A stretch of 64,000 nt of DNA from Alphaproteobacteria bacterium (lineage in GTDB: Bacteria; Pseudomonadota; Alphaproteobacteria; RF32; CAG-239). Under the pieces are notes generated by a model. The model made no database searches, had not been told where the DNA came from, and saw only the letters and a program-made list of their open reading frames with translations. The position numbers and the translations under genes are program-made. Position 1 is the first letter of the stretch; every line of letters begins with the position of its first letter. This document shows, in pieces, positions 38,262-47,906 of the stretch. The stretch covers positions 128,399-192,398 of the forward strand of contig JAFUSU010000028.1 of assembly GCA_017467515.1 (NCBI GenBank), given 5' to 3'.

Positions 38262-38714
38262 CTACTTAATTGAACGCAATGCTTTTAAGAGTTCCATTTC
38301 CGCCGCTGAACGGTCATCAGCCGGGGTATCTGAAAAACGGCTTTTTTTATCAAGAGAAATTTCTTCTGCGGAAATATCATTTTTTATTTGCCGTCCATCG
38401 TGAATAACATTCTCCAAACGGTCAGCCAAATTATCTGCCCGTTCATTGATGAAAGTTAAGTCATCTTTTAATGATTTTGCGCTTTCAACAACATCTTGCA
38501 AATTCTGAGATGATTGCTCCGTGACATTTCTTAGTTTTGGAATGGAACTTTCAGCTTTAACCGTTGCTTCATTTAAAGAAGAAATAAGACGGGATAGACT
38601 GCTCTGATTCTCTCTTAAAATGGTTAAGTTCTTATTTAGGCGATAAGCATAAATAATTGTCGGAATCAATAAGGCAATAATCAAAAGATTTATAACTAAT
38701 TCAAAACTACCCAT
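38262..38714 (-). CDS. Membrane-anchored coiled-coil protein of the flagellar cluster (likely true start MGSFELV...)
   Basis: TM helix + coiled coil; the ORF-track start at 38747 overlaps the fliM 3' end, so the internal Met at 38714 is more plausible. Confidence 0.45.
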   Translation of the reverse strand: MGSFELVINLLIIALLIPTIIYAYRLNKNLTILRENQSSLSRLISSLNEATVKAESSIPKLRNVTEQSSQNLQDVVESAKSLKDDLTFINERADNLADRLENVIHDGRQIKNDISAEEISLDKKSRFSDTPADDRSAAEMELLKALRSIK

Positions 38715-39837
38715 TATCGTGTGCCTTTCCGGTAACTTTAATAACAATATTATCGCCTTTTCGTCCCATTAGTCCCGAAAACAAATCGACATCGCCGCAA
38801 ATCAAATTAATTTTATCGTGCGGGGACATATCCAAAGGCAGAAAAGAACCGGGCTCCCATTTGGCTATTTCTCCCAGCGGAACTTCAAGTTCTTTGAGGA
38901 TAACTTTTGTATCTAAATCTGTATTCCATAGTCTTTCAACAAGATGATTTTCCCAAATCATATCGCGACCGTAGCGTTCTCCCATAAACATCTGCAATAA
39001 CAAATCACGGATAGGTTCCAGTGTTGCATAAGGAATCATTAAATCAACCTTACCGCCACGATCTTCCATATCTACACGGAGTCTGGCAACAATAACCGCA
39101 TTGGATAAACGAGAAATGGTGGCAAAACGAGGATTTGTTTCCATTCGATCATAGGTAAAATTAACGGATGTAACAGGATCAAAAGCCGTAGACAAATCAG
39201 CTAAAATAATGTCTAGCATATCTTTAACAAGGTTCAATTCAATGGTTGTGTAAGGCCTGCCCTCAATTCTGACAGCCGCCGTTCCTCGTCGACCGCCTAA
39301 TAAAACATCAACAATAGAATAGACAAGGGAAGAATCAATAGAGATTAACCCATAATTATCCCACTCCTCAGCTTTGAAAACACCTAATAAAGTAGGCAAC
39401 GTCAGAGCATCAATATATTCTCCGAAACGCATTGATTCGATACTGTCTAAAGAAACGTCAACATTATCCTGAGTAAAATTTCTTAAAGATGTGGACATCA
39501 TACGAATAAGGCGGTCAAAAACAATATCTAACATCGGCAGCCGTTCGTAAGAAACCATCGAGGAGTTCAAGATAGCCTTTACCCCTGTTTTTTCAACTTC
39601 GGAAGAGTAACGATTCTGTTCACTGTATCCGAACAGGGCATCAATCTCTTCTTGATTCAAAATTTTTGAGCTGCTGTTAATTGCGGCAGATTGATCCAAT
39701 CCGCCTTTGGCGGCAATTATATCTGTCCAGTCATTGTTTTTCTCTTGAGAGGCTGCAGACTGATCTGTCGTTTCAGTATCAACTTTTTTAGATTCAGCAT
39801 CTACAGTTTCTGTCTCTTGGGAATTTTCGTCGCTCAC
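38707..39837 (-). CDS. fliM: Flagellar motor switch protein FliM
   Basis: LNQEEIDALFGY N-terminal CheY-P binding-like segment, central FliM domain, C-terminal SpoA-like region; follows fliL. Confidence 0.85.
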   Translation of the reverse strand: MSDENSQETETVDAESKKVDTETTDQSAASQEKNNDWTDIIAAKGGLDQSAAINSSSKILNQEEIDALFGYSEQNRYSSEVEKTGVKAILNSSMVSYERLPMLDIVFDRLIRMMSTSLRNFTQDNVDVSLDSIESMRFGEYIDALTLPTLLGVFKAEEWDNYGLISIDSSLVYSIVDVLLGGRRGTAAVRIEGRPYTTIELNLVKDMLDIILADLSTAFDPVTSVNFTYDRMETNPRFATISRLSNAVIVARLRVDMEDRGGKVDLMIPYATLEPIRDLLLQMFMGERYGRDMIWENHLVERLWNTDLDTKVILKELEVPLGEIAKWEPGSFLPLDMSPHDKINLICGDVDLFSGLMGRKGDNIVIKVTGKAHDNG

Positions 39838-39840
39838 CTT

Positions 39841-40407
39841 TTAATCCTCTTGTCTTTCCAAAGCATCCGTAATTTGAATATCTAAATTTTTAATATTTAA
39901 ATTCAAAATGGTAACGGGTGATGCCATTAAATTAATGCGATGAAGTAATTCTGTTTTCAACGCATAAAAACCTTCCGAACCACTGATTTCTTCTGCAGTA
40001 ATTTCAACTAAATGCCCGATAATAATATCGTTAATTCTGGAAGACATACTTGTAATCATAGAAATGTCTTCTACAGAAGATAATTCCAGATTAAGCTGAA
40101 TTCTAACGGTTTCAAATACACCGCTGCTTGTTCGTAAATTGGCAGATAACTCCGGTAAAGAATAAAAAACGGTAGACGTTTCACCTGATCCGTCTGCATT
40201 TTTGCGTGTAATAATGTCATAAGCTTGAGATGTGTCTTTATTTACGCTTGTAAAATAAGTAACAATACCGCCGACACCGGCTCCAATGACAATAATTGCC
40301 AAAATGAGATAAATCAGAATTTTCTTTTTCATTCCTTTTTCAGGAACAATATCGCCTTCTGTTTCATCTGCTTCGATATCTTTATCTTCTCTTTCTTCTT
40401 CAGCCAT
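39841..40407 (-). CDS. fliL: Flagellar basal-body-associated protein FliL
   Basis: Single N-terminal TM (ILIYLILAIIVIGAGVGGIV) plus FliL-type periplasmic domain; immediately upstream of fliM. Confidence 0.8.
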   Translation of the reverse strand: MAEEEREDKDIEADETEGDIVPEKGMKKKILIYLILAIIVIGAGVGGIVTYFTSVNKDTSQAYDIITRKNADGSGETSTVFYSLPELSANLRTSSGVFETVRIQLNLELSSVEDISMITSMSSRINDIIIGHLVEITAEEISGSEGFYALKTELLHRINLMASPVTILNLNIKNLDIQITDALERQED

Positions 40408-40550
40408 TTATTTATGTCCTACAAACACTCAATACTATACTATATGATTTTTTACATAATAAAACCCTAAAAAGTGACTTATCACATAAAAAAACAAGCT
40501 TTGGGTAAAAACAAAAAAGCCTCCCGAAAAAAGGAGGCTGTAAAGAGTTT

Positions 40551-41210
40551 TTATTTGGAAAAATTCAGAGTATTCCAATTATTTTGAGGTCGGCTCTGAG
40601 AATTATCGGAACTCCAGCTTTTTTTCGGTTGCGCTACCGGCAGAAGTTTACTTCTTTGCTCTGCTGATTGAACGACACCGATGGGCAAAAGTTGATTTAA
40701 AACTGCCGGAGAAACAAATTTTGTCTGTGTCTTTTTGAAAGCATCTGTAACAGTTGTCAACAATTGTGCCGCCGGTTTCATATTATATGTTCTGACCGAA
40801 CCGCCATAAAAAATTGAGATAGAGTAACAAGGCGACGAAAGTAAAATATCAACATTATCTACACCACGAACAAATCGAAGAAGAACACGAGGCTGAATAG
40901 TGCAATTTTCAGTCGTCAAAAAATCAATATTTTTTTCTTCACTAACAAGTTGATTTAACAACATTTGTCTTAAATTGTTGTCGATAATGCCGCAAAAACC
41001 GGTAATGGCCATATTGTTAAGAGTATATCCGGCATAAGTTGGCGATTTAGGGGCTACTTGATAACAGAAAGCCGTTTCTGAATTTTCAATGATTTTAGCC
41101 GCGGTATCTCCAATTCCTGAACGAATTTGAGGCAGAACAATCTGTGCTGAAGCCGGAAGTGCGAAAAAACATCCCAAAGCAATACAAGAAAAATATTTTA
41201 ACAACTTCAT
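40551..41210 (-). CDS. Secreted hypothetical protein (signal peptide)
   Basis: MKLLKYFSCIALGCFFALPASAQ signal; terminator-like hairpin downstream (ctcccgaaaaaaggaggc). Confidence 0.45.
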   Translation of the reverse strand: MKLLKYFSCIALGCFFALPASAQIVLPQIRSGIGDTAAKIIENSETAFCYQVAPKSPTYAGYTLNNMAITGFCGIIDNNLRQMLLNQLVSEEKNIDFLTTENCTIQPRVLLRFVRGVDNVDILLSSPCYSISIFYGGSVRTYNMKPAAQLLTTVTDAFKKTQTKFVSPAVLNQLLPIGVVQSAEQRSKLLPVAQPKKSWSSDNSQSRPQNNWNTLNFSK

Positions 41211-41258
41211 TTTAATATCCTTTTCGTGAAAATTATGATGATTATAGCATAAAAAAGA

Positions 41259-42218
41259 TTATTGTTGAGTTAATTTTAAAAATTCCACAATTGAAAATAC
41301 AGAAATAAATTGCTCTAAGACATCATTAATGGGGCGGCGATCAGTAGAAGATTTGAATAAAGATGCCGGTTCAAACATATCTTTTGATGTGTTTATGGCA
41401 ATGAAAAGTTTGCTGTCAAAAAAACTGAATTGAATTTTTTTACCCTTAAAAGCGTTGCGGACAAGCAACATTCGTTCCATAAAAGCGGTTGTAAGTAAAT
41501 ATCTTGCTTCAATTTGATCGGTTCCGTAAACTTCAAATTCTTTTTCAAAAATAATATCTTCTAATTTGATACGTTCCAGCTTTTTTTCGGTTGTATGCAA
41601 AAAATTAAAGTGCCCCCAATCCTTTAAAACAACGGTTTGACCATTAAATTTTTTAGGAAAATCCAATAGAATGATAATTCCTTCAAAAATTGTCGATTCT
41701 CCCTTATTATGCTTTTTACTGAGATGTTCTTCGGAGATAATCATTCGGACATCTTTGTAAGTTCCGCAAAAATAGTCATCGCCGCTATGCCGATTAAATC
41801 CGCTTATCAGCTGACTTTGTGTTATAATATTGTCATCAATTTTCTTAAAAAAATAATGTTTGAAAGAACCAAAAAAACCGATGAAATCGTCAATAATGGA
41901 GTCTTTGACATCGGTGTGATAAGCAACAATCGGTGCACCGATAACGGAAACGATAACAGCTCCGATGAGCAGAATAAGCTTAAGCAATCCTTCTATGTCT
42001 TTAGAAGATCCCTCCGTAAATACAAGATACATCCATTCACCGAAAGCCCATAAACAAAATAACGGGAGCGCAATACCTAATAAAAAAAAGAGCAACCAAA
42101 AACGATGGAGATGTTTTATTCTGTTTTCTTCAAGTGTTACCAGCTTATACCAAAGATTTTTATAATAAAAATCATCAAAATCTGCACGTAATTTAGAGAA
42201 ATAGTCAGATTGAATCAT
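41259..42218 (-). CDS. DUF3137-like membrane protein (conserved LemA partner)
   Basis: Two TM helices then globular domain; start overlaps the lemA stop by 1 nt; the LemA + DUF3137 pairing is a recurrent conserved gene pair. Confidence 0.5.
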   Translation of the reverse strand: MIQSDYFSKLRADFDDFYYKNLWYKLVTLEENRIKHLHRFWLLFFLLGIALPLFCLWAFGEWMYLVFTEGSSKDIEGLLKLILLIGAVIVSVIGAPIVAYHTDVKDSIIDDFIGFFGSFKHYFFKKIDDNIITQSQLISGFNRHSGDDYFCGTYKDVRMIISEEHLSKKHNKGESTIFEGIIILLDFPKKFNGQTVVLKDWGHFNFLHTTEKKLERIKLEDIIFEKEFEVYGTDQIEARYLLTTAFMERMLLVRNAFKGKKIQFSFFDSKLFIAINTSKDMFEPASLFKSSTDRRPINDVLEQFISVFSIVEFLKLTQQ

Positions 42219-42778
42219 TATTTAAAATAATCCCCGGCTTGAATGGATTGCTTTTCATTTTCAGGAGTTTCAAAAAAGACAGCTTGCTTGATATTGAGCA
42301 TATTTGCAATAAGACTGCTTGGAAAAATTTCAACGGCATTATTCAGATCATTAACGGCTGCATTGTAAAATCTTCGAGCAGCGGCTATATTTTCTTCAAC
42401 ATCACTGAGGGAAGACATCGCTTGTACCATTGGTTGACTTGATTTTAAATCAGGGTAGTTTTCAACGGAAACATTAAATTCTTTAAGTTTTGAAGATAAT
42501 TTATTTTCAAGTTTAACACTTTCTTTGGGATTTTTAAGAAAAGAAGTTTCCATAGCTTGTGTTCTGAGTTGCGTAATTTCTTTCAATAAATTTTCTTCAA
42601 AAGACATATATTTAGAAGCCATAGAAAGTAAATTAGGAATAGTATCGTAACGTTTTTTCAATTGCACATCGATTCCCGAAGAAGCTTCTTTAACTTTATT
42701 CTTTTTTTTGATTAAAGAAACATAAATAAAGTAAAAAACAGCCATAATAGCCAGTAATGCAAATATAATGACAGTCAT
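42218..42778 (-). CDS. lemA: LemA-family protein
   Basis: N-terminal TM + conserved LemA block QLKKRYDTIPNLLSMASKYMSFEENLLKEITQLRT...VENYPDLKSSQ...ENIAAARRFYN. Confidence 0.85.
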   Translation of the reverse strand: MTVIIFALLAIMAVFYFIYVSLIKKKNKVKEASSGIDVQLKKRYDTIPNLLSMASKYMSFEENLLKEITQLRTQAMETSFLKNPKESVKLENKLSSKLKEFNVSVENYPDLKSSQPMVQAMSSLSDVEENIAAARRFYNAAVNDLNNAVEIFPSSLIANMLNIKQAVFFETPENEKQSIQAGDYFK

Positions 42779-42879
42779 AATTTTTCTCCTCCGATAGCAA
42801 ATGTTATATTAATTGCTTTTTTATTAAATAAAGATTAGCAAATTTTTGTTATTAATCAAATAAATTTTGGGAGAAAAAG

Positions 42880-44115
42880 ATGTTGAACGTGATTTGGTGC
42901 GGATTTTTTATGGTCGCTTTTGTTTTGGCTTTCGGACAAAGCGTATTTAACGGGGATATTCAGATATGGTCAACATTGGTCAACGCAATGTTTGAAGCCG
43001 CTAAAACAGCCTTTGAAATAACCTTAGGTTTGACGGGAATGATGTGTCTGTGGTTGGGGCTTCTGAAAATTGCGGAAAAATCAGGATTAACAGAGTTATT
43101 GGCGAAGCTTTTGATACCGTTATTTAAAAAAGTTATGCCTGATGTGCCGTCAAATAGTCCGGCTTTAGGATCCATTGTTATGAATATGGCAGCAAATGTT
43201 TTAGGCCTTGATAATGCGGCAACACCGATAGGAATTAAAGCTATGGAACAGTTGCAAGAACTTAATCCTCATAAAGAGAAAGCTTCTTCGGCACAAATTT
43301 TGTTTATGGTTATTAATACCTCTGCCGTGACATTGATTCCGGTCAGCATTTTAATGTATCGTCACCAATTCGGATCATCTGAGCCGAGTATGGTCTTTTT
43401 ACCTATATTATTGGCAACATCGATGTCAACTCTGGTCGGTTTTATCAGTGTTGCCTTGGTTACAAAAATTCCTTTATTTAATAGGGTTGTACTTGCTTAT
43501 TTGTCGGTGTTTTTCTTATTTATAGGAGGAATTGCGTTTGGTTTTAATGCTCTCTCCCCACAGGAAAGGATACAATATGCGACACTGATCGGAAATGTTG
43601 CCATTGTGGGTATCGTTACATTATTTATAGGATTCGGGATTATAAAAAAACTGAATATTTATGAAACATTTATAGAAGGCGCGAAAGAAGGATTTGAAAC
43701 GGCTGTTAAAATTATCCCGTACATGGTTTCTATGCTGGTCGGCATTGCTGTGTTTAGGGCATCCGGAGCTTTAGATTTTTTATTGCAAGGATGTGAAAAA
43801 GTCGTACAAATTTTTAATGGAGATACAGGTTTTATTCCATCTCTCCCGACAGCATTCCTTAAACCTTTATCCGGAAGCGGAGCCAGAGCAATGATGCTGG
43901 AAACGTATCAGCAGTATGGTGTAGACAGTTTTCCTGCATTTGTGTCTTCTGTTATTCAGGGGTCAACGGAAACAACCTTTTATGTATTGGCTGTTTATTT
44001 TGGAGCTATTAAAGTAAGTAAAACGGGAGCCGCCTTGCCCTGTGCTTTGTTGGCTGATTTAGCGGGAATAATAAGTGCCATCGTTTTAGGGTATATGTTT
44101 TATCAGGGATTTTAA
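42880..44115 (+). CDS. Nucleoside-recognition (Gate) domain membrane protein, SpmA/SpmB-like fusion
   Basis: Two Gate-type hydrophobic modules (…LGLTGMMCLWLGLLKIAEKSGL…; …IIPYMVSMLVGIAVFRASGALD…). Confidence 0.65.
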   Translation: MLNVIWCGFFMVAFVLAFGQSVFNGDIQIWSTLVNAMFEAAKTAFEITLGLTGMMCLWLGLLKIAEKSGLTELLAKLLIPLFKKVMPDVPSNSPALGSIVMNMAANVLGLDNAATPIGIKAMEQLQELNPHKEKASSAQILFMVINTSAVTLIPVSILMYRHQFGSSEPSMVFLPILLATSMSTLVGFISVALVTKIPLFNRVVLAYLSVFFLFIGGIAFGFNALSPQERIQYATLIGNVAIVGIVTLFIGFGIIKKLNIYETFIEGAKEGFETAVKIIPYMVSMLVGIAVFRASGALDFLLQGCEKVVQIFNGDTGFIPSLPTAFLKPLSGSGARAMMLETYQQYGVDSFPAFVSSVIQGSTETTFYVLAVYFGAIKVSKTGAALPCALLADLAGIISAIVLGYMFYQGF

Positions 44116-44133
44116 ATAAGGAAAGAAAATTAA

Positions 44134-44571
44134 ATGCGTGTACTCGTTCAGAAAGTATTGCAAGCCGAGGTTGAAACAGAGGGACGAATTGTCGGCAAAA
44201 TCGGAAAAGGATACCTTCTGTTTATAGGTGTTCAAAAAGATGATACAAATGCGCAGGCTGAATATTTAGCGCATAAAGTGAGCACTTTACGAATTTTTGA
44301 AGATGAAAACGGCAAAATGAATTTGGCACTTAAAGATGTGGATGGAGAAATTCTTGCCGTTTCACAATTTACATTGGCGGGAGATACATCAAGAGGAAAT
44401 CGTCCGGGGTTTGAAACAGCGGCTCGTCCGCAAGAGGCTAAACCAATATATGAATATTTTGTCGAGCAACTGAAAATCTGCGGACACCATGTGGAAACAG
44501 GAATTTTCCAAGCTGATATGAAAGTAACACTAACCAATGACGGCCCAACAACATTTATATTAGAAAAATGA
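44134..44571 (+). CDS. dtd: D-aminoacyl-tRNA deacylase
   Basis: MRVL.QKV..A.V......VG.IG.G.L.F.GV..DD, SQFTL and NDGP(V/T)TF motifs. Confidence 0.9.
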   Translation: MRVLVQKVLQAEVETEGRIVGKIGKGYLLFIGVQKDDTNAQAEYLAHKVSTLRIFEDENGKMNLALKDVDGEILAVSQFTLAGDTSRGNRPGFETAARPQEAKPIYEYFVEQLKICGHHVETGIFQADMKVTLTNDGPTTFILEK

Positions 44572-44578
44572 GGTAAAA

Positions 44579-45373
44579 ATGGAAACAGAAAACAAACCGC
44601 AATTAGCCAGAATGCCTTTAGCAAATTATAACAATGTTTGGGAATTTATTCAAACATTGGAATATAATGATTCTGATAATATCATTTTTTTAGAACAACA
44701 GTTGTATAATTTACTTCAAAAACAGCCGGAAGATATTTATTTGTTAGTTCTTTTGATGCACGAACAAATTATGAATAATCGAGGTCAACGGGCGCGCTCT
44801 ATTGCATATAAAATATGGGATTTAGGCGGAAAGCTTGAGTTGAAATTGGAGAGAATGTATATTGATGACTTAATGAATCTCGGCCTGATGGATATGGCAG
44901 GAGCCGCATTAACACCGTATTTATCCGAACTTGAAAACAAGATACAAGCATATAGTGATTTGTTCTTGAAATATGCCGTGTTTACGGGAAATATGGGATT
45001 GTTGGATCGCTTTTTATCTTATTTGCCGGAAAATAATGAAACGAAGATATTGAAAGACTGGATTAATCTGGCTTCTGAAGCTAAAGCGACAACGCATCTT
45101 GGCTCTATTTTAACAAGAATTACGGACAATGTTCGAGAATCTTTATCCGGTTGTCGGTATAAATTATTTGATGACAGGGAGTTTCCGGAAATAGAATTTG
45201 TGTTTTATGTTGACGAAACAATCAAAAATTATCAAGAAATGCGCGGAAAAATGCATTTGCAAATAAGTTCATATTGCGCCGCTCACAAACTTGAAGATTT
45301 GGTCAATTTGAGTGCAACTATTGTTCCTGTGCAACGTCGGCCCCGGCAGGAGTTGTGGCTCGAGAAGCGGTAG
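44579..45373 (+). CDS. Hypothetical protein (264 aa)
   Basis: ORF 8 nt after dtd; 3' end overlaps the convergent ORF by ~56 nt, so one end may be miscalled. Confidence 0.4.
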   Translation: METENKPQLARMPLANYNNVWEFIQTLEYNDSDNIIFLEQQLYNLLQKQPEDIYLLVLLMHEQIMNNRGQRARSIAYKIWDLGGKLELKLERMYIDDLMNLGLMDMAGAALTPYLSELENKIQAYSDLFLKYAVFTGNMGLLDRFLSYLPENNETKILKDWINLASEAKATTHLGSILTRITDNVRESLSGCRYKLFDDREFPEIEFVFYVDETIKNYQEMRGKMHLQISSYCAAHKLEDLVNLSATIVPVQRRPRQELWLEKR

Positions 45374-46331
45374 AACTTGCTGATAGAATAGGAGCTGCTT
45401 GTTGCTTGAAAATTAAATTATCGCTTTTAGCCGCAATATTCAGAACAGAAATACTTCCTTGCTCCATTAAATCCTTGAGAAGCTGTTTGGCAACGGCTTG
45501 CTCGTCATCTGTGTTATTAAAGAGAACAAATTTGTTTTGATGCTCTGAAGTTAAGCTGTTTTGATTGCGATCAAACGTATCAAGGGCAATAACCATCTGC
45601 ATACGATTTGTTTCACTATTCAATGATTCTATTTTTGCCTTAAGAACTTTAGGTGTAACAACAAAATTAGCTTCTTCTTCATTGTTAACAATTTTAACAT
45701 TTTCTGCTTTTGACAGAATATCTTTTAAAAGAGCCGAGTGACTGTTTGAAACCGTATTATTGTAAAATTCTGTCGGTTTAACAAAAACGGTACTTAAAAT
45801 AACAACATTAGAAGGCATTTCTTCCGGTGCTTCCTCGGCAATAACAGGTTCTTTGTTTTCACTAGGTGTTGCAGTCGGTAAAGAAGGTGTATTTTCATTT
45901 GTAATATTATTTCTGTTTTTGATGGAATTTTGAGGCGACTGTATCGTTTCGTCAATGGCTTTTCCTATATTTTCAGGGGTGACATAGCCGGTAACTTCAA
46001 TACAAATCTGTTCACTGTCTTGTTTTGTTGTTTTGGTTGTCATATCTTCAATATACTCATCAACCAAAGTATAGATAAGCATATTATAATCGTGCTCGTC
46101 AAAGCTGTCTTTTATATTAACAATTTCCGATAATGAACTAACAGCGCTGTAGCAGGCTTTGTCTGTGGCTTTCAGCCGGGTTGAGGCATTTTGTTCATTA
46201 GCACTGACCGGTTCGCATGCTTCTCCGTAAATAGACAACGTATCGTCATCTGCCTCAATAACCTCTGCAGAAGCAAAAGATGTTCCAATCATACAAAAAA
46301 TAATTGCCAGATTAAATAATCTCATTACCAC
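45318..46331 (-). CDS. Secreted hypothetical protein (signal peptide), operonic with upstream lipoprotein
   Basis: LFNLAIIFCMIGTSFASAEV signal; start overlaps the lipoprotein gene stop by 7 nt. Confidence 0.45.
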   Translation of the reverse strand: MVMRLFNLAIIFCMIGTSFASAEVIEADDDTLSIYGEACEPVSANEQNASTRLKATDKACYSAVSSLSEIVNIKDSFDEHDYNMLIYTLVDEYIEDMTTKTTKQDSEQICIEVTGYVTPENIGKAIDETIQSPQNSIKNRNNITNENTPSLPTATPSENKEPVIAEEAPEEMPSNVVILSTVFVKPTEFYNNTVSNSHSALLKDILSKAENVKIVNNEEEANFVVTPKVLKAKIESLNSETNRMQMVIALDTFDRNQNSLTSEHQNKFVLFNNTDDEQAVAKQLLKDLMEQGSISVLNIAAKSDNLIFKQQAAPILSASSTASRATTPAGADVAQEQ

Positions 46332-46846
46332 CAGCTTTTATCTTCAGCCATTTGTTTAATAACAACATTCCAAGCTCTTATCGGTTGATCGTAAGCATCG
46401 TTCAAACTAAGCTTAAAAACAATAGCAGGGAGGTTACCAATCATCATTTCATTGACGCGGCTGTCTAAAATATAATTTGCATCATCAATATTGTCGACAA
46501 CAAGATAAGCACCGGCACCTCCCGTAATTTGTTTTAGGGCTTTACGTGCTGTATAGAAACCGTCCGGAAGATTCGGACTTTCCTTAATTGTTTGCTTAAT
46601 GTACAAGCGGGGACGATTCCAAGATTCATAGATATCGGCAGTGTCATCAAGCATTTTATTAGCGGCACGGGTGGCGGCAGTTTCGTAAGCTTTTGTCATA
46701 TAAATTTCTTCAGTTTCAAAAATTGAAGGAATTTGTTCGATTGCAACCGGCTTTTCAACAACAGTTTTTTTGTTGTCAAAAAGAACACAACCGGTGAGTA
46801 ACAGAATGGAAAATAAAGCAGTTTTTAATTTCATTTTATACCTCAA
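46325..46846 (-). CDS. Lipoprotein, possibly LpoB-like
   Basis: Lipobox LLTGC; architecture ...YLVVDNIDDANYIL... reminiscent of LpoB-family LLVD.V.N.TN motif (weak). Confidence 0.4.
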   Translation of the reverse strand: MRYKMKLKTALFSILLLTGCVLFDNKKTVVEKPVAIEQIPSIFETEEIYMTKAYETAATRAANKMLDDTADIYESWNRPRLYIKQTIKESPNLPDGFYTARKALKQITGGAGAYLVVDNIDDANYILDSRVNEMMIGNLPAIVFKLSLNDAYDQPIRAWNVVIKQMAEDKSWW

Positions 46847-46981
46847 ACTTATTCTTTAATATATATCATAAAGTTTTTTTTATAAAACTCATTATCTTTT
46901 TTGAGTTATTCACTATTTGCGTAAAGACACTTTTTTTTGTGGAAAGAATATGATAAGAAAAACACACGGAGGTAAACTTAA

Positions 46982-47425
46982 ATGACTTTGACTTCAGCCG
47001 TTGTTTTGTTTGGTATATTGCTTTTTCTCCCCCCCTTGCGCAGAAATATGTTTTATATGTTGCATGCGTGCACAATCGTTTTATTGGCTCATTGGGTGGA
47101 AACACATTACTTTAAAGTATCATCATTTTCTTCTAAAACGCTTTTATTGTTACTTGCCGTTCATTTTGTCTTCATTAATATTTTTACATTTTTGGCATAT
47201 TGGAAAGATAAACGAGCAGCAGTTAACGGACAATGGCGTATTCCGGAAAAAGATTTACATATGTTGGAGCTTTTAGGCGGATGGAGTGGAGCCTTGCTGG
47301 GGCAAAAAATTCTCCATCACAAAAATCGTAAGCAGAGTTATCAGTTTGTATTTTGGCTGGTTCCTCTCGTTCAGCTTTCGTTTATTTTAGTTGTCTTGCA
47401 ATATCTGGGATTGTTACATATATAA
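46982..47425 (+). CDS. DUF1294-family membrane protein
   Basis: WRIPE..L..LELLGGW.GALLGQ...HHK.RK motif characteristic of DUF1294. Confidence 0.65.
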   Translation: MTLTSAVVLFGILLFLPPLRRNMFYMLHACTIVLLAHWVETHYFKVSSFSSKTLLLLLAVHFVFINIFTFLAYWKDKRAAVNGQWRIPEKDLHMLELLGGWSGALLGQKILHHKNRKQSYQFVFWLVPLVQLSFILVVLQYLGLLHI

Positions 47426-47438
47426 ATATTAAAGAAAG

Positions 47439-47906
47439 GTGCGGGAAAATATAATGAATGATAACCTACCGGAATTAAGAGATATTCATATACCTGACGG
47501 TGTGTCGATGTGGCCGCCGGCGTATGGTTGGTTTGTAATAGCAGGCAGCCTTTTTTTTGTATTTATGATGTATAAAATATATAAATCTTGGCAACTTAAA
47601 AGCCGCAAAAAATATGCTTTGCGTTTTTTGTCGGCATTAGATGAAACACAAATTATTACTTCTGCCGTCAAAATATCCGAATTGTTACGTCGCATCTGTA
47701 TTTACCGATACCCTGAAGCTGTTTCATTGAAGGGGGGATCGTGGTTTGATTTTTTGCAAAAGCACTGCAAAATAAATCTTGATCCGGATAGTGTGGATTT
47801 ATTATTGCATGCGCCGTATGTTAATCCTCAAAAGGAAAAATATACAAAAAAACAGCTCGAAAGTTTGATTCTCTTTGCAAGGCGTTGGGTGGGAGATAAT
47901 TTATGA
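47439..47906 (+). CDS. Small membrane protein, probably DUF4381 (Bat-operon associated)
   Basis: Single TM (WPPAYGWFVIAGSLFFVFMMY) immediately upstream of batA and overlapping its start by 4 nt. Confidence 0.45.
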   Translation: MRENIMNDNLPELRDIHIPDGVSMWPPAYGWFVIAGSLFFVFMMYKIYKSWQLKSRKKYALRFLSALDETQIITSAVKISELLRRICIYRYPEAVSLKGGSWFDFLQKHCKINLDPDSVDLLLHAPYVNPQKEKYTKKQLESLILFARRWVGDNL

